NCBI RefSeq assembly: GCF_009914755.1
Contig: NC_060927.1
Length of the DNA stretch: 64,000 nt
Origin: the human T2T-CHM13v2.0 reference genome, Homo sapiens
Direction: 5' to 3' (one strand)
Below, one piece after another: positions 45,152 through 58,300 of this stretch (positions are counted from its first letter, which is position 1; every line of letters begins with the position of its first letter). The position numbers and the translations under genes were made by a program. Under the pieces are notes generated by a model, which saw nothing but the letters and a program-made list of their open reading frames with translations, ran no database searches and was not told where the DNA came from.

Positions 45152-47689
45152 TAAAAGCCTACTAAAGATAAATGAAAGTCCCAGTAATTTGATTAGTTTT
45201 TTCTGTTTCTGCAAGTCACCAAAGTACATGAGCACTCAGTGGCCTTTATACTGTATGGTGGCCCCAGCCTGGTTCAGCAGGGTGTCTTCCCTCTCTATCA
45301 CTCTGTGAGAAGCAGAGGGACTCTGATTGTTTCTACTCAAGCAGGGTGAGAACAATGTTATCAGGCATTTCCAGGCAGATAGCAGAGGTGGATTTTCCTA
45401 ACCTCATCCCACCCTCTCTCATCTCATGCTGTCAGACTGTCATGCAGCTGCAGACAGAATCCATCCCCAGAGAACAGTGGATGGTGGAACCACATGTTTA
45501 TTTTACTTTTAGTTTCCAAGTTTGCAGTAGGTTAGATGTAACATAGGAATGAACCCTGAACAATGCTTTCTGAACCTTCTATGCCACAGGTTCCCCCAAA
45601 TAATTGGGAGTGGTTGGAAGGAATCAAGGAGGAAGATGGTTAGAGGTAATTATTCACTGCTCTCTTTTCAGTCTCATCGTGCTAAATCCATGCCTCTGTT
45701 TTAAACCTTATTACATCATGGTGGTATTTATTTATCTGTATGTCTTCACACCCACCCCCAACCCCTGCAGGCTGCCTAAGAGTGTCTGGACTGTTTTAAC
45801 CATTTTCGGAATCTAGTGTGATGTCTGGAATATAGTAAATAAGTGTTTGAGAAATTGTGACATGCACATGTCTAGGAATGTATGTGGCAACACTAGTACT
45901 TTGTGAAAACCCCATTTCTATTCAGTTCAGGCTTATGGTTTGTGTGGTAGTTGTAGTTGGGAAGGGGAGTGTCTGCTTTAAAAAAACATTAACACCCCAA
46001 ATTGCCTAATGCCTGGGACTATTTTCCAAGTCGCCTTCACTAGAATCAGAGATGGAATCTGGGGAAAGAGGTTGGGGCTCTTTGCTGAGAAAGGTAAATA
46101 TTTTTCCCTATGCAGGTGACACATTACTGCTTCAGTTCATTGATGCCTAGATCCTATGACAGCCTGGCAGGTGACTGGCAGAATTTTGCTGTGTCTTGTC
46201 CCGGCAGTCAGGATTTCAGGCCTCAAAGAAAAGCTCCAGTGAAAAGGAAGGGGGAAATCCTGGGAGTGGAAGAAACCCAACCTCCAGCGGCTCCTTTTCC
46301 CTGCAGGTTCATCTTTGAGCAGCTTTGCTAATCAGACAAGAAGGTCTTTTGGGAGAGATTTTACTTATCCTTTCCTTTCCTCAGAAAGCCTCCTTTTTTT
46401 TATTTATTTTTTTAAGGCAAAGAAAAAGTTTCAACAATTCTTATCATAGCCTGCAGGCACACAAGAGCAGGAGAAAAAGCAAATTGCAAAGTGAAGACCC
46501 AGCACCCTGTGTTTAGCCTTCACCCAAAATTGCACTGCACGGTGAACACTTAATTGCTGAGTAAACATGTTTCTAGGCTGTGATCTAGATTCCCTAAGAG
46601 AAGGGTTATAGGATAGTGTGTGGTTATATTCCCTCTACCTAGAGAGGATTAAGTCTAAAATCTCCTGCATCAAGAATCTTGGTGCTGGGAAAGATGCAAT
46701 ACAGGTTCTCCAAGGAATGAGTTTCCACCTGTCTTTTTATGCTTTGCATCTGGCAGTTTCCTGCTTTTGGAGAAAAAAAAATCTGTGACAGCATACAGGA
46801 GGAAAAGGAACATTAAAAATGCCATAAATACTTCTAGCTATTTACCTACCCTGAAATGTGCTAGATCAGTTCCCTTGATGAAGACAACTTTTTAAAAAAT
46901 AAGTTTCCTTTCAATAGATAAGAAGCCTTCTCTCTGCTGGCCATGCTTCCCCTGCGGAAGCCTGTGGTGCAGTAGCTGCTGCTGAGACTCCTCTGCCAGT
47001 TGCTATGGAGAGCAGCTGCAGGGGAGGGGATTCCTGGAGAGGCAAAGAGGTGGAGAGGAAGCTCTCCTGTCTAAATCCAGATTCTCCATCTGAAAAGGTT
47101 AAGCAGGAGGGAAACAATATTCAAAGATGGGTGTGGGTTTGGAGGTGGGGTGTGTATATATGTGTGTGTAAGAGAGAGAATATGAGAATATGTATTATTT
47201 TGATATGTGGGTTATAGCTAGTTTTCTTGGAAAAATCCTTTTCTAGAATGACATAGGAGAAAGTCTTGGGTAGTAAAACCATCTGGTTTTACAAGAAAGT
47301 GATTACACAGATTATATCTTGTGTTTATCTTTTTGTTGGTGGTGGTGGTAATAGTGTATTTGCTTTGTTCTGTTGTTTAGCAAAAATAAAGTGCTTGTGT
47401 CTTCCAATTATATTTAGCTTTTTCTAGACAATGGAGCCAGCTTTGTTGGCCTCATGAATTCTGACTCATATTTTGATGCTGACCAAATTGCATCTGTTTT
47501 TTTAATGTGTTCAATTCTATGGAAACTAGTTAAACAAATAACTTTATAACAGAGTATATCAGGCTAAGAGGAAGAAAGGGATTCCTTAAAAGTATGATGT
47601 TTGGGATTTACCTCAAAACAAAGCATTAGAAGTTAAAAGTAGACAACATAACATAGCAGAGAAAGAGGATCAAATAAATATATAAAATA

Positions 47690-47850
47690 GTTATAATTAT
47701 CTGATGGAATTTACCTTAAAACAACATAGGAGAGGAGGGACGGGGATGGGGATTTAGATGAAACTAGACTGACTGGGGGCTGATAATGTTTGGTGCATGG
47801 GAGGCTTATGATACTACATAGAGGTTTACTTAAACCTCTAATAAAAAATC
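47690..47850 (+). mobile_element. L1ME-type 3' end fragment
   Basis: ggaatttaccttaaaac...tagatgaaactagactg...ggtgcatgggaggcttat...taataaaaaa. Confidence 0.45.
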
Positions 47851-48784
47851 AAAAAGTCATAAAGTAAAAAGAAGCAGTTGTACATGTGTCTGTCAGCTCT
47901 TAAATATGGAAGAAATCATGGTAGGCCTCAACAAAATGAGGCTGCAGGCTAGAAAAACATTTTACTAAAGGGAATATACTGACGTTTGGTGTGGGTGGTT
48001 GATTGGTTTGGAGACGCTCACTGTCATCAGATGTCTTATTTGTAATGAAAAAATGCTGGTTACACAGGAGGGAAATGATATTCAAGGGTGAGTATATGGA
48101 TTTGATCTAGGGTTAACAGGTCTCTCCCATTGTTGATTATTTTATGGCCCAAGCATTAGCATCCTAATGGAACATTCCTCTGATGGAACATTAATAGAGG
48201 CAGAGAAACTAGACAAATGACTGTATTTCCTAAAACCAATGACAAACTATCCAGTGTGGACTACAGTATATGGGTTGAACAGCCAAAATATTGCCTTTCT
48301 TAGCCTATCAGAACCCTCTGAAGAGCACAAGGCATATAGAAACTGCCCTGAGCAACTATGTCAGTGCCATTTATAGACTACAAGCTATGTATCTACTGGG
48401 ACTCCCAAGGACCCGTACTGATTATCATTTCTCATCTGATTTTCCCAGGCATGGCCCTCTGTGTTCAATGATACACATATTCAAGAACTCAGAAGAAGCA
48501 ATCTTATTAGTACTTGTCAGGGGAATTCTAGTGATGGAGGATGGGGAGGCCTCAAGACCCAAGAGGCCAGACCAGAAGTCAGCTTATGTCAAAAATATGT
48601 ACTGAAACTTTGAGTTCAATTTTCTGGCTACAGGGTTTGGATCGTGATCTGGTCTTATAGTCAGACCTGATATAGCCAGGTCTGAACGTATAGACCATAG
48701 TCACACTTAGGGGACTGCAACCTTGAGTTTCTACAGCACATTCTTGTGCTTTTTATGGAGTTACATGTTGGTTGGAAGAAAACT

Positions 48785-48821
48785 TGTGCACATGTGTGCT
48801 TGTGCGCGTGCGTGCGCACGT

Positions 48822-48853
<32 letters not shown>
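48785..48853. repeat. (TG/CG)-(CA)n alternating tract ending in a CA microsatellite
   Basis: tgtgcacatgtgtgcttgtgcgcgtgcgtgcgcacgtgcacacacacacacacacacacacacac. Confidence 0.85.
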
Positions 48854-48855
<2 letters not shown>

Positions 48856-49877
48856 ACCTAGACACTCTCTAAGTTTAGCTTAAGGACCTCACCCCATTTA
48901 GTTAGCCAAGAGGACAAAAATATCATCTGAAGTCTTATAGGGGAGGGGTGCACAAGGAGCAGAAGATGATAAATGGTACAGTGAATCTCCAGATGGCTCC
49001 CTGTAGCTCCCAGGGTCCCTCAGTTGACTTATCCAGGCAGATCATGATCCAAAGTGGCTGAGGTGTCCAATTTGCCACTGGAACAGCCACTCCTCATATT
49101 AGGAAGGACAGTGTATGAGGGAGGAAAATGGTTTCATCTATTTCTACCTTAAAGTCTCGCTCTGAAAGCTAGTTAATGCCCACTAAACAGGGAAAGCTGG
49201 GAGAGTTGTAATATGTGGCAGGAGATACCAACAGTGACACACAGGGACCAGAGAGATCCATCTCAGTGTGGACCCTGGCTTTTAGGCAGGTAGGTAAAAT
49301 AGTGTTAGAACAAGATTCTTCTGATGCTGTGGTAATTAGCCTTATTAGGAAATGCTTATAGCCCCAAACTTAAATCTTGGGTGCTGGTATATTTCAAGAC
49401 GTTTCTCAAAATGGGAGATAGAGGGTTATACCTTGTAGCCATTCTATTTTAGTCATTTTCAATCAACTCGATTCAGTCTTCTTCCTATCCTTTAAGTTGA
49501 TCATTCACACTGCATAGCATGTTCCTTTAACCAAGAAACCATTAGGAAAGTGAATGACCATTTGTGTTACTTTCACAAACTATTTCAGGAAGATAAATTG
49601 ACATACAGAAAGAGAGTTTATCCCTTGTAGTGCTCCAAGTATCAGATCCCTGAGGGTTTGTCAAAGAATTAGACCATCTCCTCAGTCCCTAACATGAATC
49701 CACCATGACCCCATCTGCGGCCAGAGTGGAATGGCTGCATATGCCATGGTGACAAGGCCCTAGCAAGCTCTATGTGGGTGCAGCACCTCTCCTTCCTTGT
49801 AGGGTGAAGGTCTCTTTGTGGGAGCTTGTGGCTTTTTTGAGGGAAGCCATGCCTCTAGTTCTATGATGAAAGTTCTA

Positions 49878-49930
49878 GACCTGCACTGTCCAGTATAGTA
49901 GCCATACACTGGCTATTAAATTTAAATTTT
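49878..49930. mobile_element. MER3/MER33-like end fragment
   Basis: ctgcactgtccagtatagtagccatacactggctattaaatttaaatt. Confidence 0.5.
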
Positions 49931-50744
49931 CATTAAAACAACACACCCTTGGATGTTCTTTCTCTCCCTCACCTTTTCATTCTTTCCAGTCCCCCATACC
50001 TGTTTTCTGAAATTACTCTCCAAAATAAACTCTCTACATTTTAACCATGTATCAGACTACTTTTTTCACCTTCTTTACTCTGCTTATCCATTCCCTGGCC
50101 CCTCTTTCAAAAAAAAAAAATCAAATAAACTTAGAGCCAGAAAGACCTTTAGAAAACATTTATTTCCATACCTTTTGGCTATAGATAAGGACACAGAGGC
50201 CCAAAGAAAGTAATATGCCCCTGCTATAAATTGTCTTTCTTGTAGAAAAGATGTGTGAATCAAAAGTAGAGAATCAAAAAATAAATAAACAATAAAGGAC
50301 CCCTTAGCTTGGCATACAGTTCCAAAGTCAAGAATAAGACTTTATTAACAGAGAGAAAAGAGAGCTAACCTTTGACGTGGCATAAAAGGCTTAAGAGTTG
50401 AAATAGAGAAGTAACTGTACAATTTTGTTCAAAAAAGAAAGTTTTAAACATAAAAGATATTCAGAGTTTTGGGTCAACTGCATCTTTCTGGAGAGTTTAG
50501 TTTCTTGTTAAGTCAATTTGTGTATTTTCATTGAGCATACATCCTTAACAAGGTTTCATACATGCTGGCACTTTGAGGGACAGTCAAGGGACATTCTGAA
50601 AGAACTCCCAATAGACTGGGGATCAGGAGATTGAATTTCAAATTATATTTCGTCCATTAATTGACTCTGTAAACTTGAAAAAGTCATTTCCTTTCTCTGG
50701 GCTATGTGGAAGTTCCTTTTTTTATAAATGACAAATAGCCTTAT

Positions 50745-50935
50745 CATGGAATCATAGAATATTAACTTTAGAGGTGGTTTAGAGCCCATCCTCATTTTGC
50801 AGGTCCAAAGAAATGAAGTGAGTTTCGTCAGTTAATACGATAGCTCCTCCTGGGGAAAAAAAAAGAAAAAAGAAGTGAGTTTCTGCAAGTTGTTGAGTTA
50901 GAATCAGACCACATACTACCTGATCCTCAATCTAG
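50745..50935 (-). mobile_element. MIR3-like fragment interrupted by a tiny retro-insert
   Basis: gaatcatagaat...ctcattttgcaggtccaaagaaatgaagtgagtttc | tgcaag...gttag. Confidence 0.55.
50827..50871 (+). other. 29-nt unidentified sequence plus A-tail flanked by a TSD (micro-retrocopy)
   Basis: gaagtgagtttc (50815-50826) + gtcagttaatacgatagctcctcctgggg + aaaaaaaaagaaaaaa + gaagtgagtttc (50872-50883). Confidence 0.8.
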
Positions 50936-50984
50936 GATTAATTTGACGAATATTCCTAGCCATGAAATCTTGTGACTCCATGAT

Positions 50985-51450
50985 CACAAGATAAGACAGT
51001 ATTTCTGCCGTGAAGGATCATAGCCAAATTGAGGAGACACTTGATACCCATAAATAGTTATTATTTAAGACAAAAAACGAGACCCAGTAAGACTGACAAC
51101 CCTCACTTAAATTAAGGCCATTGAGAGAAGCAGATTGTCAGGAAAATCCGTGAGGTTCGAGCTGAGCTTTTAAAAAATTGAGTAGATGGAAAATGTCATT
51201 ATGGGTGTATGAAAGTAGCCAGAGCAAGACATGGACATGGGATCAGCCAGGAGGACAATGACTGTGTCCATCTGGCAGGAGGAGGTGAGATGGGGTTCGC
51301 AGGTTATGGTCCTTGGAGAGAAGTTCTTGGTGTTGCCCTTCCTCACTCCTTGGGGCAGGTCTGAAGATATAGTGAAGGGATCTGACACACGCTTTCAAGT
51401 CTGTAACAGAGAAGGAAGTAGAATGTGGAAACTATGACCAGGAGCCCTTA
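50985..51450 (-). mobile_element. L2 fragment
   Basis: agataagacagtatttctgccgtgaagga...tcaggaaaatccgtgaggttcgagctgagctttt. Confidence 0.4.
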
Positions 51451-52369
51451 AAGTAATTAAATAGTTAAATAGTTAAAGATGCTAATTTCTGATTTGTCCT
51501 CAAGCAATTTTATTTTTAAATGACATTTTAGGCATAACTGATACATGGTGTTCCTGGCATCAGGATAGTTAGAAAATTCAATTAGTAGACTAATGAAGAA
51601 CAGTTCACATTTTTGCTGGTAGTTGTTTGGAACAGATTGTTTAAATAAGCATAATTGTTTGTTTAGAAACAGGAATGGGTAAGCCCTTTATCAAGCCCAC
51701 CAGCTTGATAAATTTCTTATTTTACATAGGATTGGTAAGGAAGAGATTCAGAGTTTCATATTTGTAATTAGAGAAATGTAATTATGGTAGGAAAATAGCA
51801 GTACATATACTTTAAAGATGAAGAAATAAGGAAGCATCAAAATAAAAGCAATACAAGCAGTAAAATAGAAATTGTAAAGCAAGATGAGAGAAATAAGACC
51901 TACCAACATTTATGTCAATAAATGTAAATGAATTAAAGTCCTCCGCTGGATGACAAAGACTTTCATTTAAAACAAAGCATAGCCATGTGCTCCATTCACC
52001 TAACTCAAATGACACAAAAGATTTACAAATAAAGATAGAGAAAAATCAGACAAAAATAAAACAAATATATTTTTAAATCAAAAAAAGCAAAAGTCAGAAC
52101 AAGGTAGTAGTGGCACTATTAATATTGGTTAAAATAAAACTCCAGAGGAAAATGCTTTGGATAGAGGATTGTTTTATAAAAGTTGCAATCCACAATGAAT
52201 GTGTAATGTACTATAACATAGCACAGAAATACAAAAGCAAAAGCTATTTGAAGACAAAAAAGTGGGATAAAATATAATTGTTGTGAAAAACTTAGCATAT
52301 CACATTTAGTCTTTAGTAAATTATGGAATCAAAATTAAATAAGATTTGATAAAGAAAATGTGGTATATA

Positions 52370-55300
52370 GAATGAGCAGAGCAAAATGATCAAATAGAAG
52401 GCTCTATCAATTGTTCCCCCATGCGGGAACACCAAATTTAATAACTATCTACACCAAAAAACACCTTCAAAAGAACCAAAAATAAGATGAGCACTCACAG
52501 TACCTGGTTTTACCTTCATATCGCTGAAAGAGTCATTGAAGAGGATAGGAAACACAGTGCTGAATCACCGATGGTACCCTTCCCTCATCCTCTGCCGGGA
52601 GCTGCACGGCACGGAGAAAGAATCTGTTCACTTCAGTGTGAGAGTGCAACAATTGTGGGACAGTGTGTTGAACTCAGTGCTGCCCTGTCACAACAGAAAG
52701 CAAAACTGGGCTGAACTTAGCCGACACCCACCCATCAAGGGAGTATTTAAACCAGCCCTAGCCAGAGAGGAATTGCCCATCCCAGTAGTTGGAACTTGAG
52801 TTCTGGCAAGCTGCACCACTGAGGGCTAAAGGCCTTTGGGCCCTAAATAAACTTGAAAGGCAGTCTAGGTCACAAAGACTCCAATTCCTAGGTAAGTTCT
52901 GGTGCTGAACTGAGCTCAGAACCAGTGGACTTTAAGGCGCACGACCTACTGAGACACCAGCTGGGAGTGCTTATGCCACCTTTCCCCCAACCTAAGGGTT
53001 GGAGATTTGCTTATCCCACCCTTCCCCAAACCCCAGTTGCACAGCTCATGGCTCCAAAAATGACCCCTTCCTTCCACTTGAGAATAGGAGAGGGAAGAGT
53101 TAAGAGAACTTTGTTTTGCCTCTTGGATACCAGCTCATCAGAGTGGGATAGGGCAACAGTCAGAGTATGAGGCCCTCTTTCCAGTCCCTAGCTCCCAGTT
53201 GGCATTGCTAGACACCCTGGGCCTGAAGGGAACTCACTGCCTACTAAAGAGTCCTTGGGCTCTAAATAACCAGCAGCAATACCCAGGTACTTTGCCATGG
53301 GTCTTGGGTGGGACTCTGAGACTCACTGGCTTCAAGTGAGACTCAGCACATTCTCAGGTGTGGTAGCTATGGGGAGAGACTACTTCTGCTTGAGAAAAGT
53401 GGAGGGAAAAGTAAAAGGGACTTTGTCTTTCATCTTGTGTACCAGCTCAGCCACAGAGGGGCAGAGCAGCAAGGGGGCTCTTAGGGTCTCTGATTCCAGG
53501 CCATGGCTCTTGGATAGCATGGCTGGACCTGCCTTGGGCCAGAGGGGAGCCCACTGCCCTGAAGGGTGAGTCCCCAGGCCAGGCAGCATTCACAACAAGC
53601 CAACTGAAGAGCTCTTGGGCTTAAAGTAAATGTTGGCAGTAGACTGGCAGTACTCCCCTGTGGCCTATGGTAGTAGCGGCTGTGAGGTGAGGCTTCTCTC
53701 CCTGTGGAAAGGGGAGGAAAGAGTGAGAAGGACTGTGTCTCATGGTTTGAGTGCCAGCTCAGCCACAGTACAGTAGAACACCAGGTAGGTAGACTTCTGA
53801 GGTTTTTGACTCCAGCCCCTGGCTCCTGGGTGGCACCTCTGGACCCACCTGGGGCCTGGAGAAACTTGCTGCCCAGAAGGAAAGGAAACAAACCTGGCTG
53901 ACTTCTCCACCTGCTGATCAAAGAACCCCAGGACCTTTAGCAAATGGTAGCCAGGTAGTAGTTATAGCAGGCCTTGGGTGAGATCCAGTGCTGTGCAGGC
54001 TGCAGGTCTTACCCAGCACACTCCCATTGATGGTAGCTACAGGGGCGCTTGTGTCATCCCACTCCCAGCTCCAGGTGGCTCAAAACACAGTGTGAGACTC
54101 CATTTATTTGGGAGAAGTTAAGGGAACAGAACAAGAGTTTCTGCCTGGTAATTCAGAGAATTCTTTCAGATCTTATCCAAGACCATTAATGCAGTACCTC
54201 TATGAGTCTGTAAGAACCACAGCGTTACTGGGCTTCAGGTGTCCCCTAACGCAGATATGGCTTAGATCACAATACCTAACTCCTTTTGAATATCTGAAAA
54301 GCCTTCTTAAGAAGGATGGTTACAAACAAGCCCACACTGTGAAGACTACAATAAATACCTAATTCTTTAATGCCCAGACGTCGAAGAACATCAACAAGAA
54401 TCAAGATCATATAGGAAAACATGACCTCACCAAATGAACTTAAATAAGGTAGAAAGGACCAATCCTGGAGAAAAAGAAATGTGTGACATTTCAGACAGAG
54501 AATTCAAAATAGCTGTTTTGAGGAAATTCAAAGAAATTCAAGATAACACAGAGGAGGGATTCAGAATTGTATCAGATAAATTCAACAAACAGATTGAAAT
54601 AATTAAAAACAATCAAGCAGAAATACTGGAGTTGAAAAATGCAATTGACATGCTGAAGAATGTATCAGGGTCTTTTAATAGCAGACTTGAGCAGAAGAAA
54701 GAATTGGTGAGCTTGAAGACAGGCTATTTAAAAATACACGTCGGAGGAGGCAAAAGAAAAAAGAACAAAAAACAATGAAGCACACTTATAAGGATCTAGA
54801 AAATACCCTCAAATGGGCAAATCTAAGAGTTATTGGCCTTAAAGAGGAGATGGAGAAAGAGATGGGGTAGAAAGTTTATTGAAAGGGATAATAACAGAGA
54901 ACTTCCCAAACCTAGAGAAAGATATCAATATCCAAGTACAAGAAGGTTATAGAACACCAAGCAGATATAACCCAAAGAAAGCTACCTCAAGGCATTTAAT
55001 AATTAAACTCCCAAACGTCAAGGATAAAGAAAGGATGCTAAAAGCAGCAAGAGAAAAGAACAACATAAAATGAAGGTACAGTACATCTGGCAGCAGACTT
55101 CTTAGTGGAAACCTTACAGGCCAAGAGAGAGTGGCATGACATATTTAAAGTACTGAAGGAAAAAACTTTTATCCTAGAATAGTGTATCCAGTGAAAATAT
55201 ACTCCAAACCTGAAGCAGAAATAGACTTTCCCAGACAAACAAAAGTTAAGGGATTTCATCAACATTAGATCTGTCCTACAAGAAATGCTAAATACAGTTC

Positions 55301-58300
55301 TTCAATCAGAAAGAAAATGACATTAATGAACAATAAGACATCATCTGAAGGTACAAAACTCACTAGTATTAGTAAGTACACAGAAAAACAGAATACTGTA
55401 ACACTATAACTGTGGTGTGTAAACTGCTCATATCTTAAATTGAAAGACTAAAAGATGAACCAATCAAAAATAATAACCACAACAACTTTTCAAGACATTG
55501 ACAGCACGATAAGATATAAATAGAAACAACAAAAAGCTTAAAATCAGGAGGATGAAATTAAGGCATACAATTTTTAATAGTCTTATTTTTGCTTGGTTAT
55601 TTATGCAAAGAGTGTTGTTATCAGCTTAAAATAATGGGTTATAAGATAGCATTTGCAAGCCTCATGGTAGCCTCAAATCAAAAAGCTAATGGATACACAA
55701 AAAATCAAAAGCAAGAAATTAAATAATAACACCAAAGAAAATAATAACACCAAAGAACAGAACACAGGAAGGAAGAAAAGAAGGAAGAGAAGACCACAAA
55801 ACAACCAGGGGGCAAATAACAAAATGACATGAGTAACCCTTACTTATCAATAATAACATTGAATGTAAATGGACTAAACTCTCCAATCAAGGACATAGAG
55901 TGGCTGAGTGGATTAAAAAAAAAACCAAGACCTAATTATCAGTTGCCTATAAGAAACACACTTCACCTATAAAGACAAAAATAAACTGAAAATAAAGGGA
56001 TGGAAAAAGATCTTCCATGCCAATGGAAACCAAAAAAGTGCAGTAGCTATACTTATACAAAATAGATTTCAAGACAAAAGCTTTAAGAAGAGACAAAGAA
56101 GGTCACTATATAATGATAAGGAGTCAATTCAGCAAGAGGATAGAATAATTTTAAATATATATACACCCAACACTGGAGCACCCAGATATTTAAATCAAAG
56201 ATTATTAAAACTAAAGAAAGTGACCCCAATACAATAATAGCTGGGAACTTCAACACTCCACTTTCAGCATTGGACAAATCTTCCAGACAGAAAATCAACA
56301 AAGAGACATCAGACTTAATATGCACTATAAACCAAATGAACTTAATAGATATTTACAGAATATTTCATCCAGTGGCTGCAGAATACATATTCCTTTCCTC
56401 AACATATGGATCATTCTAAAGAATAGACCATGTGTCAGGTCACAAAACAAGTCTTAAAACATCCAAAAAATTGAAATAATACCAAGTATATTCTCTGACC
56501 ACAATGGAATAAAGCTAGAAATCAATAACAAGAGGAATTTAGGAAACTATACAAATGCATAGAAATAAACATTATGCCTCCTGAATGACCAGTGGGTCAA
56601 TGAAGAAATCAGAAGGAAATTGAAAATTTTCTTGAAACAAATGATAATGAAAACACAATATACCAAACCTGTATGATACAGTGAAAGCAGTACTAAGAAG
56701 AAAGTTTATAGCTATAAGTGCCTATATCAAAAAAGAAGAAAAATGTCAAATAAACGACCTAATATTACATCTTAAAGAACTAGAAGAGCAAGAGGAAAAC
56801 AAATCCAAAATCAGTAGAAGAAAATAAGAAAGCTCAGAACAGAAATAAATGAAATGAAATGAAGGAAACAATACAAAAGATTAATGAAACAAAAAGTTGT
56901 TTTTTTTTGAAAAAATAAAATTGACAAACCTTTAGCCAGACTAGCTAAGAAAAAAAGAAGACCCAAATAAAATCAGAGATGAAAAAGGAGATTACAGCTG
57001 ATACTGCAGAAATTCAAAGGATCATTAGTGGCTATCGTGAGCAACTATATGTCAATAAATTGGAAAATCTAGAAGAAATAGACAAATTCCTAGACACATA
57101 CAGCCTAACAAGATTGAACCATGAAGAAATCCAAAACTTGAACGGACTAATAACAAATAACAAGAGCAAACCTTTAGTAACAGTTCTCCTAGCAAAGAAA
57201 AGCCCAGTCTCTGATGACCAAACATTTAAAGAACAACTAATACCAATTCTACTCAAACTATTTCAAAAAATAGAGGAGAGAATACTTCCGAACTCATTCT
57301 ATAAGACCAGTATCACCCTGATACCAAAACCAGACAGAGACACATCAAAAAAAAACAAACAAAAAAACTATAGGCCAGTATCACTAATAAATATTGATGC
57401 AAAAATTCTCAATAGAATATTAGCAAACTGAATTCAACAATATATTCAGAAGATCATTCATCATGACCAAATGGGATTTATCCCAGGGATGCAAGGATAA
57501 TGCACAAATCAATTAATGTAAAACATAATATTAACAGAATGAAGGACAAAAACCATATGATCATTTCAAATGATGCTAAAAAAGCATTCAACAAAATTTA
57601 ACATTCATGATAAAAACCCTCAAAAAAGTGGGTATAGAAGGAACATACCTCCACATAATAAAAGCCATATACTACAGACCAATCACTAGTATCATACTGA
57701 ATGGGGAAAAACTAAAAGACTTTCCTCTAAGATCTAGAACACGGCAAGGATGCCCACTTCCACATTGTTATTCAACATAGCAGTGGAAGTCCTATCTAGA
57801 GCAATCAGACAATAGAAATAAAGGAGATCCAAATTGGAAAGGAAGAAGTCAAATTATCCTTGTTTGCAGATGATATCCTATATTTGGAAAACCCTAAAGA
57901 CTCCATACACACCAAAAAAACTATTAGAACTGATAAATTCAATAAGTTGCAGGATACAAAATCAACATACAAAAATCAGTAGCATTTCTGTATGCCAGCA
58001 GTGAATAATCTGAAAAGGAAATCAAGAAAGTAATCCCATTTACATTAGCTACAAATAAAATAAAATACCTAGGAATTAACCAAAGATCTCTACAATGAAA
58101 ACTATAAAACATTAATGCAAGAAATTGAAGAGAACACCAAAAAATGGAAAGATATACCGTGTCTATGGATTGAAATAATATTGTTAAAATGCCCTTACTA
58201 CCCAATGCAATCTACAGATTTAATGCAATCCCTATCAAAATACCAATGACATTCTTCACAGAAATAGTAGAAATAGTCCTAAAACATATGTGGAACTGCA

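Noticed and set aside
47819-47840. Perfect 10-bp inverted repeat tagaggttta-ct-taaacctcta
   Set aside because: Arms of 9-10 bp with short spacers are expected roughly once or more by chance in 64 kb; no other support.
50827-50855. Resemblance of the micro-insert to U2 snRNA (atcagtttaatatctgatacgtcctc)
   Set aside because: Needs several gaps in under 30 nt and corresponds to an internal U2 segment; not convincing without a search.
52487-54362. Multiple ORFs in a GC-richer block
   Set aside because: Lies within the long L1M1-type 5'UTR bounded by the 19-bp TSD.
55721-55756. 18-bp tandem duplication in the L1MA2 inter-ORF region (also short repeats at 36565-36612 and 22757-22800)
   Set aside because: Ordinary slippage in dead elements; no spacer structure, not CRISPR-like.
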